Source: an uncultured Gammaproteobacteria bacterium
GTDB taxonomy: Bacteria; Patescibacteriota; Patescibacteriia; UBA1558; 2-01-FULL-52-15
Assembly (NCBI GenBank): GCA_964402565.1
Contig: CAYOCJ010000001.1
Location: 288,079-352,078, forward strand
Direction: 5' to 3'
DNA: 64,000 nt
A model generated the notes under the pieces. That model saw nothing but the letters and a program-made list of their open reading frames with translations. It was not told where the DNA came from and did no database searches. The first letter of the stretch is position 1. Every line of letters starts with the position of its first letter. Positions 20,446 through 29,003 of this stretch are shown in pieces. Both the position numbers and the translations under genes were made by a program.

Positions 20446-22146
20446 ATGTTTACTGACGAAGAAAAAAAACAACTTTCACGATATGTTACCGACCCGGAAG
20501 GCAATGTCTTTTGCGTTACCAATATGCCGGGCATGGTCGGAGCTGTCTACGCCCGCTATAGTCGCGCAAAAGGTGGTTTTCGAGAAGTGCTCTTGAAAGA
20601 ATTCCTGAAAGAAGGAGTGATCGATCCTGTGCATGCTGAAGAATTGATTCAGCGGATCTTGATAGCCTATGGCGATGATTCGGTCGGCGAACTCGAGGGC
20701 GCGCATGTCAGCTTCGAGAATATTTCCATTATGGCCACGAAAGAGATAGAGGAGCGCCGTATTGGCGGTTCACCGATCGAACAATCCACGCGGTATGTGT
20801 TCTATGACCAGAAGATCGATGGCAGATACCGGTACTACCTTGAGCCGAAGATCATGGCGTCACCGCTCGCGCGCGAGTATGTAGCGGCCATGGATTTTGT
20901 ATTCGATACCTATTGTGAGCTTATCGAGCCCATGAAGCATTACTATGAGGGGCTGAAATCGATCGATGACGCCGACTATGACATCAATGGCGATGGCATC
21001 AAAGAGAAATATGCCGATTTGAAAAATGAATCTGATCAAAAAGCTTTTCGAATCACTTATAATGCAGACTTGCGTACCAAGGCTTGTGACACACTCAGGG
21101 CGCTCTTGCCTGTTTCGACGCTGACAAATGTCGGTATTTTCGGTAATGGCAGATTTATGCAGAATGTAGTGACCGGGCTTTTGTCGAGTCCATATGTTGA
21201 AGCGAATATTTTGGGTGAAGACGCATTCAGAGAGCTGACCAAGGTCATCCCGGCCTATGTACACCGTGCGAAGCGAAATGAGTATCTGGTGAACAATCAT
21301 GCAAATATGCAGAAGCTTGCCGATGATCTATTCAAGGATATTCCGGTGCAGCGCTTCGATGAGGAAGTTGATCTGCTGGATTACGGCGATGAATCAATGG
21401 TCGACAAGCTGAAGAACGAACCGGACTTTAATAGCAGCACCTTAAAGCATTTCCGACAGGAAGAGGTGGATATCTTCGTCGCAGCATCGATGCTCTACCC
21501 GTACCTCAAACATCCGTTTAAGCAGATCCAGAATTTTGTACGCAAAGCAGGTGAGGGAGCAAGACAGAAAGTGATACTGACTTATATCGGCAATCGCGTG
21601 ACGCGACGCGACCGACCGTATCGCGCGCTGGAGGCAGGGTATCCCTACACCTTCGATATGGTCACGGATTTCGGAACGTATAAGGATCTCATGCGCCACC
21701 GCATGACCACACAGCTGAGGCAGCGATTCTCTCCATTGCTTGGTTTCTTGATGCCGTCTGATCTGGTGCGCGCAGGCTTCGAGGATCATGCTCGGCGATG
21801 TGAAGAGCGCGTGCGTGACCTGTACGCGAAATTAGTCGAACTGTTCCCGAATGAAGCTTCGTATGTGACTTTGCACGGACATAAAGTTCGCTGGATCATG
21901 GGCATGAATGACCGTGAGGCTATGCATTTGATCGAACTTCGTACGACTCCCCAAGGGCATCCGAATTATCGTCGTGCGGCGATACTGATGATGCATGCAG
22001 CGATCCGCACTCGGTCGCCGTGGCGCGCGGACGCAATGAAATTCGTCGACTACAATGATTATTTCTGGGCACGCGGCGATTCTGAAGCGAAGCAGCGCGT
22101 CAAAGAAAAAGCATTGGATGAAAAACTTAAGCAGGAAAAGAAATGA
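20446..22146 (+). CDS. thyX: FAD-dependent thymidylate synthase, long two-domain form
   Basis: ARYSR, YGDDSVGEL, EQSTRYV, DLMRHR, HLIELRTTPQGHPNYR; start at MFTDEE. Confidence 0.88.
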   Translation: MFTDEEKKQLSRYVTDPEGNVFCVTNMPGMVGAVYARYSRAKGGFREVLLKEFLKEGVIDPVHAEELIQRILIAYGDDSVGELEGAHVSFENISIMATKEIEERRIGGSPIEQSTRYVFYDQKIDGRYRYYLEPKIMASPLAREYVAAMDFVFDTYCELIEPMKHYYEGLKSIDDADYDINGDGIKEKYADLKNESDQKAFRITYNADLRTKACDTLRALLPVSTLTNVGIFGNGRFMQNVVTGLLSSPYVEANILGEDAFRELTKVIPAYVHRAKRNEYLVNNHANMQKLADDLFKDIPVQRFDEEVDLLDYGDESMVDKLKNEPDFNSSTLKHFRQEEVDIFVAASMLYPYLKHPFKQIQNFVRKAGEGARQKVILTYIGNRVTRRDRPYRALEAGYPYTFDMVTDFGTYKDLMRHRMTTQLRQRFSPLLGFLMPSDLVRAGFEDHARRCEERVRDLYAKLVELFPNEASYVTLHGHKVRWIMGMNDREAMHLIELRTTPQGHPNYRRAAILMMHAAIRTRSPWRADAMKFVDYNDYFWARGDSEAKQRVKEKALDEKLKQEKK

Positions 22147-22652
22147 AGACAACGTTGATCATAGCATCGAGCGCGGATGGTTTCATTGCGCGCAATGCCG
22201 AGCATATCGTTGACTGGACCGATATCGAAGATAAAGGTTTTTTTCAGGAAATGACCGAAAGCATTGGTATCGTTATTGCCGGTTATAATACCTACCGGAA
22301 TTTACGGGCAGCATTGCCTGGCCGCAGAATGATAGTTATGTCTTCAAGCGCTGATGTTGCCGAGAGCAAGCAAGGCGAATTAGAATTTTTTTCCGGCACG
22401 CCAGAGGAGTTGATCAAACGATTGGAGGGTGAAGGCGTTGATCATGCGGCGCTTATAGGCGGAGGACAACTGGACGGCAGTTTCCTGAGCGTCGGGTTGG
22501 TCGATGAGATCTATTTGACCATTGCGCCGCTGCTATTCGGGCAAGGCATCAGCTTATCATCTGATTATGATCTCGAGATCAAATTGAATTTGCTTGATCA
22601 TCGGCAGATCGGCGAAGGCTCAGTGCTGCTGCATTATGAGGTAGTGAAGTAA
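22143..22652 (+). CDS. Dihydrofolate reductase / RibD-C family protein
   Basis: IASSADGFIA, ALPGR, IGGGQ, VDEIYLTIAPLLFGQG. Confidence 0.85.
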   Translation: MKTTLIIASSADGFIARNAEHIVDWTDIEDKGFFQEMTESIGIVIAGYNTYRNLRAALPGRRMIVMSSSADVAESKQGELEFFSGTPEELIKRLEGEGVDHAALIGGGQLDGSFLSVGLVDEIYLTIAPLLFGQGISLSSDYDLEIKLNLLDHRQIGEGSVLLHYEVVK

Positions 22653-22653
22653 T

Positions 22654-23247
22654 ATGGCGCTCGGGAAACTCATCGTTCTGTATGGCATCAATAATCTCGG
22701 CAAAAGCACACAGGCAGCATTGCTTGTCGAAGCATTGATCAAGGAAGGGTTGGACGCAAGTTATCTGAAATATCCGTTGTATGAATTAGAGCCTTCAGGG
22801 CCTGTTATCAATCAGTATTTACGGAAAGGAAATCCCTTACAGCTTTCTGCGAGAGAGTTTCAGCTCCTGCAGATCATGAACCGCACGCAATATGACTCTG
22901 CATTGCGCAAACGCCTGGATTCTGCCGAATGGATCGTTGCTGAAGATTATATCGGCACCGGCATGGCCTGGGGAATAGGCGCAGGGCTTCCGAAAGAGAT
23001 TCTGCAGACGCTGAATAGCAAGCTGGTGTGGGAGGATCTGGGTATTTTGTTCCAGGGCAAGCGGTATATGCATGCGCAAGAAAAAGGCCATAAATTCGAA
23101 ACAGACGCTGCATTAACTGAAACAGTGCGCATGGCGCACGAAACATTGGCTGACGAATATGGCTGGCATCGCGTCAATGCTGGTGATACCATTGAAGAAG
23201 TGCGGAATGCTATCTGGGATATTGTGAAAAAAGCCTTCAAACTATGA
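22654..23247 (+). CDS. tmk: Thymidylate kinase
   Basis: GKLIVLYGINNLGKSTQ, KYP, MNR, EDYIGTG. Confidence 0.85.
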   Translation: MALGKLIVLYGINNLGKSTQAALLVEALIKEGLDASYLKYPLYELEPSGPVINQYLRKGNPLQLSAREFQLLQIMNRTQYDSALRKRLDSAEWIVAEDYIGTGMAWGIGAGLPKEILQTLNSKLVWEDLGILFQGKRYMHAQEKGHKFETDAALTETVRMAHETLADEYGWHRVNAGDTIEEVRNAIWDIVKKAFKL

Positions 23248-24746
23248 GTGCTTATGAAGTAATTATCGGTTTGGAAATCCATGTACAGCTCAAAACGGCA
23301 AGTAAAATGTTTTGCAGCTGTGCGAACCTCGGCGGCGATGCAGCCCCGAATACTGCTGTGTGCCCGGTATGCATGGGCCATCCAGGGACATTGCCGGTTA
23401 CGAACCAGGAGGCAGTGAAGCAGGGCATTCGCTTGGCGCTGGCTTTGCATTGCACGATTGCGAACACGACTCGCTTCGATCGCAAGAATTATTTTTATCC
23501 TGACCTTCCAAAAGGGTATCAAATTTCCCAATTTGATATGCCGCTTGCAAAGGACGGCGTGGTGCGATTTCACTACAACGGAGAAGAGAAAGCATATCGC
23601 CTTGAGCGGCTGCATCTTGAAGAAGATGCCGGTAAAAATACTCATGTAGGGCAGAATTCTCTCGTCGACTTTAATCGTGCCGGCGTTCCACTGGCCGAGA
23701 TTGTGACGAAGCCTGATTTTCGTAATGCTGAGGAGGCAAAGGCTTTTCTCTATGAACTCCGGTTGATAGCACGATACTGCGGCGTATCCGATGCTGATAT
23801 GGAAAAAGGGCAATTGCGCTGCGATGCAAATATTTCGCTGCGCCCGTCCGGCGACAGCAAGCTCTATCCAAAAACCGAAGTGAAAAATTTGAATTCATTT
23901 CGTGCCGTTGAACGAGCGCTGAACTATGAGATCAAAAGGCAGAGTACTCTGTGGGAAAAGAACGAAGCTCCGTCGCATGGTGAAACTCGCGGCTGGAATG
24001 ATACGAAGGGGGAAACCGTTGCGCAGCGCAGCAAAGAAGGCAGCGATGATTATCGCTATTTCCCTGAGCCGGACTTGCCGCCTTTAGAACTTTCCGAAAA
24101 CGATGTACAAGTTCTGCGGGATACGTTGCCTGAGCTTCCTGAAGAAAAACGCAGGCGGTTCGTTGCCGAATACGAACTGAAATACGAAGAAGCTTCTATT
24201 TTTGCTGCACAGAAAGATGCTGCAGAATATTTCGAAAATGTGGTCAATGAATTAAAGACGTGGCTCTACGACTCCGGTAGCGAAGGCGATGGGACTAAGG
24301 AAGAAATGTGGCTCAAGAATCGCAAGCGGCTGACTAAGCTTGCATTTTCATGGATCACGAGCGAACTTTTTAAACACGTGAATACAGATAATAAGACATT
24401 CGCTGATATCGAGATCACGCCTGAGAATATGGCTGAGTTTATTGTGATGGTCTATGAGGCAAAGATCAACAGCTCGGCTGCGCAAACGATCCTGGAGCGG
24501 ATGTATCACACCGGCAAAGATCCGCATGAGATCGCCGAAGATGAAAATCTATTGCAATCAAGCGATGAAGGCGATCTTGCAGCATTTATTGATCAGGCAA
24601 TAGCTGAAAATCAGAAACAAGTGGAGGAGTATAAGGGCGGCAAAGAACCGGTACTACAATTCCTCGTTGGCAAGGTCATGAAACTTTCAGGAGGCAAGGC
24701 AAATCCGGGAGTGGTTGCTAAAATGTTGAAGGAAAAGTTGCGTTAG
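23244..24746 (+). CDS. gatB: Asp/Glu-tRNA amidotransferase subunit B
   Basis: IGLEIHVQL, RKNYFYPDLPKGYQISQ, HLEEDAGK, DYRYFPEPDL. Confidence 0.98.
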   Translation: MSAYEVIIGLEIHVQLKTASKMFCSCANLGGDAAPNTAVCPVCMGHPGTLPVTNQEAVKQGIRLALALHCTIANTTRFDRKNYFYPDLPKGYQISQFDMPLAKDGVVRFHYNGEEKAYRLERLHLEEDAGKNTHVGQNSLVDFNRAGVPLAEIVTKPDFRNAEEAKAFLYELRLIARYCGVSDADMEKGQLRCDANISLRPSGDSKLYPKTEVKNLNSFRAVERALNYEIKRQSTLWEKNEAPSHGETRGWNDTKGETVAQRSKEGSDDYRYFPEPDLPPLELSENDVQVLRDTLPELPEEKRRRFVAEYELKYEEASIFAAQKDAAEYFENVVNELKTWLYDSGSEGDGTKEEMWLKNRKRLTKLAFSWITSELFKHVNTDNKTFADIEITPENMAEFIVMVYEAKINSSAAQTILERMYHTGKDPHEIAEDENLLQSSDEGDLAAFIDQAIAENQKQVEEYKGGKEPVLQFLVGKVMKLSGGKANPGVVAKMLKEKLR

Positions 24747-24796
24747 GGAATTCGAGGCACAATACGCATCGCGACGCCATGCTTCGCAAGAACCTC

Positions 24797-25648
24797 TTAA
24801 CGTATTCTGCCCCGCTTTTGCATGCCCCGAATCCAGGTCATCTGCCGCTTCGCGTATTTTTTAATTTCAGAAAGCAACTTTGCTTCCATCTCAGTTCGGG
24901 TGAGTTTACCTTGCAGGTAGTAGGTGATATAGCGATATTCAAGGCCAAGCTCGATGAGCCGTTTATCAGAGACGCCGGATTTTCGTAATCGCACGACTTC
25001 AGCAATCATACCTTGTTTGAAACGTTTCTTTAGTCGTTTTTCAATCCGCTGATACAGTGTCTTTCGGGTTGGGTTTACGAAAATAATCTCAGTGTCATAG
25101 GGCGATTCGCTGGCTGCAGCTTTTTGTATTGGTTTTTTTGTAGCTTCAATGATCTCAAGCGCACGTATCAATCGAACCGGATTGTGTTTATCAATACTTG
25201 CAGCTCGTTCAGAATCTTTTTTCTGTAGGATTGCAAAAAGCTCCTCTGCAGAAAGTTTCGATAATTTTTTTCGGAGAGATTTATTTGGTTGAACATTGGG
25301 AAATTTTGAAGAAGAGAGAAGAGCGTCAATCCAAAAGCCAGTGCCGCCGCATATGATCGGCAATTTCCCTCGTCTCGTGATATCGCGTATCGCGCGAGCA
25401 GCATCGCGTTGGAAATGTGTAACAGTATACATTCGTTTTGGCGAGGCAATATCGAGCAGATGATGCGGCACGAGGCGCTGCTCGCGCTTGGTAACTTTGC
25501 CAGTACCGATATCCATGCCTTTGTAGACTTGGCGTGAATCGGCAGAGATGATCTCACCATTATATTTCTTGGCAAGACGAATAGCCTGATCAGATTTGCC
25601 TGATGAGGTAGGGCCTATGATGACCAGAACATTAATTTTTTTTGACAT
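24797..25648 (-). CDS. miaA: tRNA dimethylallyltransferase
   Basis: GPTSSGKS, DSRQVYKGMDIGTGK, GGTGFW, YAKRQMTW; start at MSKKINV. Confidence 0.96.
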   Translation of the reverse strand: MSKKINVLVIIGPTSSGKSDQAIRLAKKYNGEIISADSRQVYKGMDIGTGKVTKREQRLVPHHLLDIASPKRMYTVTHFQRDAARAIRDITRRGKLPIICGGTGFWIDALLSSSKFPNVQPNKSLRKKLSKLSAEELFAILQKKDSERAASIDKHNPVRLIRALEIIEATKKPIQKAAASESPYDTEIIFVNPTRKTLYQRIEKRLKKRFKQGMIAEVVRLRKSGVSDKRLIELGLEYRYITYYLQGKLTRTEMEAKLLSEIKKYAKRQMTWIRGMQKRGRIR

Positions 25649-25763
25649 GAACTGATGCTGCTTTTTTCCGTACAACCCCTCGCTTCACCTGATCAGCAAG
25701 CGATGACATTCGATTTTTTTTGCGTATTTTTTTATCTTCTCGCCGTTCTGAGCGGGTTTTCAT
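25632..25763 (-). CDS. Possible small basic protein (43 aa)
   Basis: Manual translation MKTRSERREDKKIRKKNRMSSLADQVKRGVVRKKAASVHVKKN; fills the thrS-miaA gap, starting 1 nt after the thrS stop. Confidence 0.45.
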   Translation of the reverse strand: MKTRSERREDKKIRKKNRMSSLADQVKRGVVRKKAASVHVKKN

Positions 25764-25764
25764 A

Positions 25765-27531
25765 CTAGATCTTTAGTTCAGCGCTTCGCGTGTATATCTT
25801 CTTTGCAACTGTTTCAATAAACTTCGTTTTGTCCAGAGCTGCGAAGTCCTTTTCACCTCGTATGCGGATTGCCAGCTCTTTCGAAGCCATTTCTTTGTCA
25901 CCAATGACTAATGTATACGGGATCTTTTCATTCGATGCTTTTCTGATCTTATTGCCGATGGTCTCGTGGCTGTCGTCAATGTCGCAGCGAATATGCGACG
26001 CACGGAAGAGTTGCGCCAGGCTGCGGCAGAATTCTCCGTGTTTTTCATCGCTGACCGAAGCAATGCGGACCTGGACTGGCGAGAGCCAGAGGGGGAAAGC
26101 GCCGGCATAGTGTTCGATCAGAAACGCCATAAATCGTTCATGGGTTGATAGAGGCGCGCGGTGAATGACAAAGACATTTCCATTTTCTTTGCCGCTATTG
26201 TCCGTATATGACAAGCCGAAGCGTTCCTTTGCCAGAAAATCAAGCTGAATAGTAGACATGCTTTCTTCGCGGCCGGTAACGGATTTGAATTGCACGTCAA
26301 TTTTCGGACCATAGAAGGCCGCTTCGTCTTCGACCTCTTCAAATGGCACTTGCAACTTTTTCAATATCGAACGCAAGATATTCTGGCTATAGTCCCAGTT
26401 CTTCGGTTCATTGATATATTTCTCCGGATGCGCCGGGGACCACAGTGAGAGTCTGAACCAATAGTCGTTTAAGCCGAAGAGCTGGAAATAGTATTGGTTC
26501 AGTTCAAGGACAGATTTGATCTCTGATTCCAGCTGATTTTCAGTGCAGTAGATATGCGCATCATTCATAGTCAGCCCGCGCACCCGAAGCAGGCCTGCGA
26601 GCGTGCCGGAAAGCTCATTCCGATAGACTGTACCGTATTCCGCCATGCGAAGAGGCAGGTCGCGGTAGCTTTTCGGCGTATCGAGATAGACCATGTGATG
26701 ATGCGGGCAATTCATGCCGCGCAGGTAGTATGCGCCATCATCCATGACCATCGGAGGGTACATGCTGTCTTTGTAATAGGGGAGATGACCGGATTTGAGG
26801 TACAGGTCTTCCTTTGCCATTGCCGGTGTCGAAACGCGCACATATCCTTGCTTTTCTTCCATTTCGACTGCCAGTTTTTCGACTTCGCTCCTGATGATCG
26901 TTCCTTTCGGCAGCCAGAGCGGAAGTCCTTTGCCGACCAGATCAGAAAAAGTGAAAATACCAAGTTCTTTGCCGAGTTTCCGGTGATCCCGCTTTTTTGC
27001 CTCTTCAAGATTTTTCAAATGCTGATCAAGCTCTTCTTTGGTAGGGAAGATAGTGCCATAGATGCGCGTCAACATCGCATTTTTCTCGCTGCCGCGCCAA
27101 TAGGCTCCGGCCAATGACATGAGTTTGAAATGCTTCAATTCTTTTGACGGGTGCTCGCAATGGCCGCCGCGGCACAGATCGCGGAAAGTACCGGATTGAT
27201 AGACCGTCAGTTTCTGTCCTTCTTTTGAAAACTCATCGATCAGTTCGTGCTTGTACTGATTGCCGGGATTTTCCTTTTTTGCCTGACTCTCGGTTACTTC
27301 ATGCCGCTCGAAGCCTTTCCATGTTTGCACGATGTTATGCATTTTCTTTTCTATGTTCGGCAGGTCGGCTTCTGATAATGGTTTTGAGAATTCAAAATCA
27401 TAATAAAAACCATCTTCGATTGCCGGTCCAATGGTTCGTTTTGTGTCCGGCCAGAGCTCCATGACCGCAGCTGCAAGTAAATGCGCTGCAGAATGTCTCA
27501 AATGTTCCAGTTGTTCGTTATTCTGTTTCAT
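25765..27531 (-). CDS. thrS: Threonine--tRNA ligase
   Basis: LRHSAAHLLA, DLCRGGH, AYWRG, RDHRKLG, MNCPHH, AAFYGPK. Confidence 0.98.
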   Translation of the reverse strand: MKQNNEQLEHLRHSAAHLLAAAVMELWPDTKRTIGPAIEDGFYYDFEFSKPLSEADLPNIEKKMHNIVQTWKGFERHEVTESQAKKENPGNQYKHELIDEFSKEGQKLTVYQSGTFRDLCRGGHCEHPSKELKHFKLMSLAGAYWRGSEKNAMLTRIYGTIFPTKEELDQHLKNLEEAKKRDHRKLGKELGIFTFSDLVGKGLPLWLPKGTIIRSEVEKLAVEMEEKQGYVRVSTPAMAKEDLYLKSGHLPYYKDSMYPPMVMDDGAYYLRGMNCPHHHMVYLDTPKSYRDLPLRMAEYGTVYRNELSGTLAGLLRVRGLTMNDAHIYCTENQLESEIKSVLELNQYYFQLFGLNDYWFRLSLWSPAHPEKYINEPKNWDYSQNILRSILKKLQVPFEEVEDEAAFYGPKIDVQFKSVTGREESMSTIQLDFLAKERFGLSYTDNSGKENGNVFVIHRAPLSTHERFMAFLIEHYAGAFPLWLSPVQVRIASVSDEKHGEFCRSLAQLFRASHIRCDIDDSHETIGNKIRKASNEKIPYTLVIGDKEMASKELAIRIRGEKDFAALDKTKFIETVAKKIYTRSAELKI

Positions 27532-27634
27532 AGGTAGCTAGTTAGTATGCGCCTCGGAGCACACGCTTCAGGCCCCGGCGCTTTGCGAGCGGCCTTCAGC
27601 GTATACACCTCGGCGCTCACGCTATTCACTAATT

Positions 27635-27800
27635 AAAAATCCCACGACTGAGTAGTCTTGGGACTCTAACATTCCTGTTAAAGCGGTTCCACCCAAGTTC
27701 CCCCGGCCAACAATGCCGGAGACACTTTTTTCTATGCTTAGCGTTTAGCAACGACCCGCAGAAGTGCGGATAACCGCTTGGTAGGCGGCTCGTTCGCATC
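27635..27800 (-). ncRNA. T-box riboswitch (Thr), transcriptional type
   Basis: Antiterminator CTTGGG-TGGAACC-GC...GT-CCCAAG; terminator TCCCAAGACT-actc-AGTCGTGGGA-TTTTT; ACC (Thr) triplet in a 5' hairpin loop at 27780-27782; TATACT at 27803-27808. Confidence 0.88.
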
Positions 27801-27845
27801 TAAGTATAGTGTACTGGACCTGTATGAATGGTCAAGTAATCGCAC

Positions 27846-28955
27846 TTAACGTGCCTGCACCGAAATATGGTTCTTGAGGAGCGGCAAGGTAGGCGACCAG
27901 GACGGGAATGTGGATATGGTGGCTTCGGTAACGCCGTTCTGATGCAGGTAGTCGAGTGCCTGTGCCTTTGTTTTGCCCGCGAGATTGCCGAGGTCTACGT
28001 CCGGTATGGAGCTTTTTGAGTGCACCCATGCATCGAGCTTGGTATCAAGCTGTGCAATGCCATTTGTTTCGTCCAGAGCCGCGATAGTAAAGCTCAGGGT
28101 GTCAGGTATGACCTTGATGAAGGCATCTGGGTTCGGCAGCTGGGCTATTAATTTTTCACGCAAGGTGTCTTCGAGCTTTACTCGATCGGTCATGATGGTT
28201 GCGACGGTTTTCGTGACGGTTATATTCACCGAAGAAGCTTCAGTGCCGATCGCAGGATCTGTGCTGACGGTAGTATTTTTTGGGAATAGCTGTTCGCGAG
28301 AGAGATTCTGAAGTTCAGGATAATCTTTTTGGAAATCTGTTAAGGCTTGGGTGAGTATTTTTTCGTCAATCGAGTTTTTCCCCGCGTCGACCATGTCTTG
28401 CGTTATGTTTGCGCTGGCATGGCGTTCATAGGTCATATCGGAACTGCTTTCAGCATATATTTTATCCTGCACGCCTTCCCAGAGGCCAGGAATGGTAAAT
28501 TTTGACGGACCGATCAGGTAGTCATCGCCTTCTTGGTCTGCTTCTGCAAAAACGGTAACGCTGCCGCCGACAGGTACGGTGACAGCAGTACTGATCCTAA
28601 AGATCTTATTATCCGCGGTCATAAGCCGTGTGGACGCAACTAAGCTTTGATTGCGGGTATAGCTATTCGTGATGCGGACCAGGCCGCCTGCTTTTTTCGA
28701 GGTTGTCACTACGGCGCCAACAGGTACGCTTTCCGTTATCGTGTATTGGCGAGCTACGACCGTTCCTTGAATACTCTGATCCGACCCGTCCTTGCTAATG
28801 CCGATGGTTGCCGAGCTGGTGAAGCGCTCCTGTGCTCCCGGAACTGAAATTGTTGCCGTAGCCAAAGTCAAATAGAACGTTGCAGCCAATGCAATGATCG
28901 TTATGACGATAAATAAGTTAATGACGATAAGATAGGTGCGTTTTGTTTTTTTCAT
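27846..28955 (-). CDS. Membrane-anchored hypothetical protein (baseplate-J-like beta domain)
   Basis: N-terminal TM; KKAGGLVRITN..LVASTRL..VFAEADQEG..FTIPG pattern. Confidence 0.7.
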   Translation of the reverse strand: MKKTKRTYLIVINLFIVITIIALAATFYLTLATATISVPGAQERFTSSATIGISKDGSDQSIQGTVVARQYTITESVPVGAVVTTSKKAGGLVRITNSYTRNQSLVASTRLMTADNKIFRISTAVTVPVGGSVTVFAEADQEGDDYLIGPSKFTIPGLWEGVQDKIYAESSSDMTYERHASANITQDMVDAGKNSIDEKILTQALTDFQKDYPELQNLSREQLFPKNTTVSTDPAIGTEASSVNITVTKTVATIMTDRVKLEDTLREKLIAQLPNPDAFIKVIPDTLSFTIAALDETNGIAQLDTKLDAWVHSKSSIPDVDLGNLAGKTKAQALDYLHQNGVTEATISTFPSWSPTLPLLKNHISVQAR

Positions 28956-29003
28956 AGGTTCGGTTTGATACCCCCTAGTATACTAGAAATATCTGAATAT
29001 TGT

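Noticed and set aside
22947-23813. 288-aa minus-strand ORF
   Set aside because: Antisense to tmk and gatB.
27846-28955. Prophage suggested by the baseplate-J-like domain
   Set aside because: The gene is membrane-anchored, sits among core genes and has no phage neighbours.
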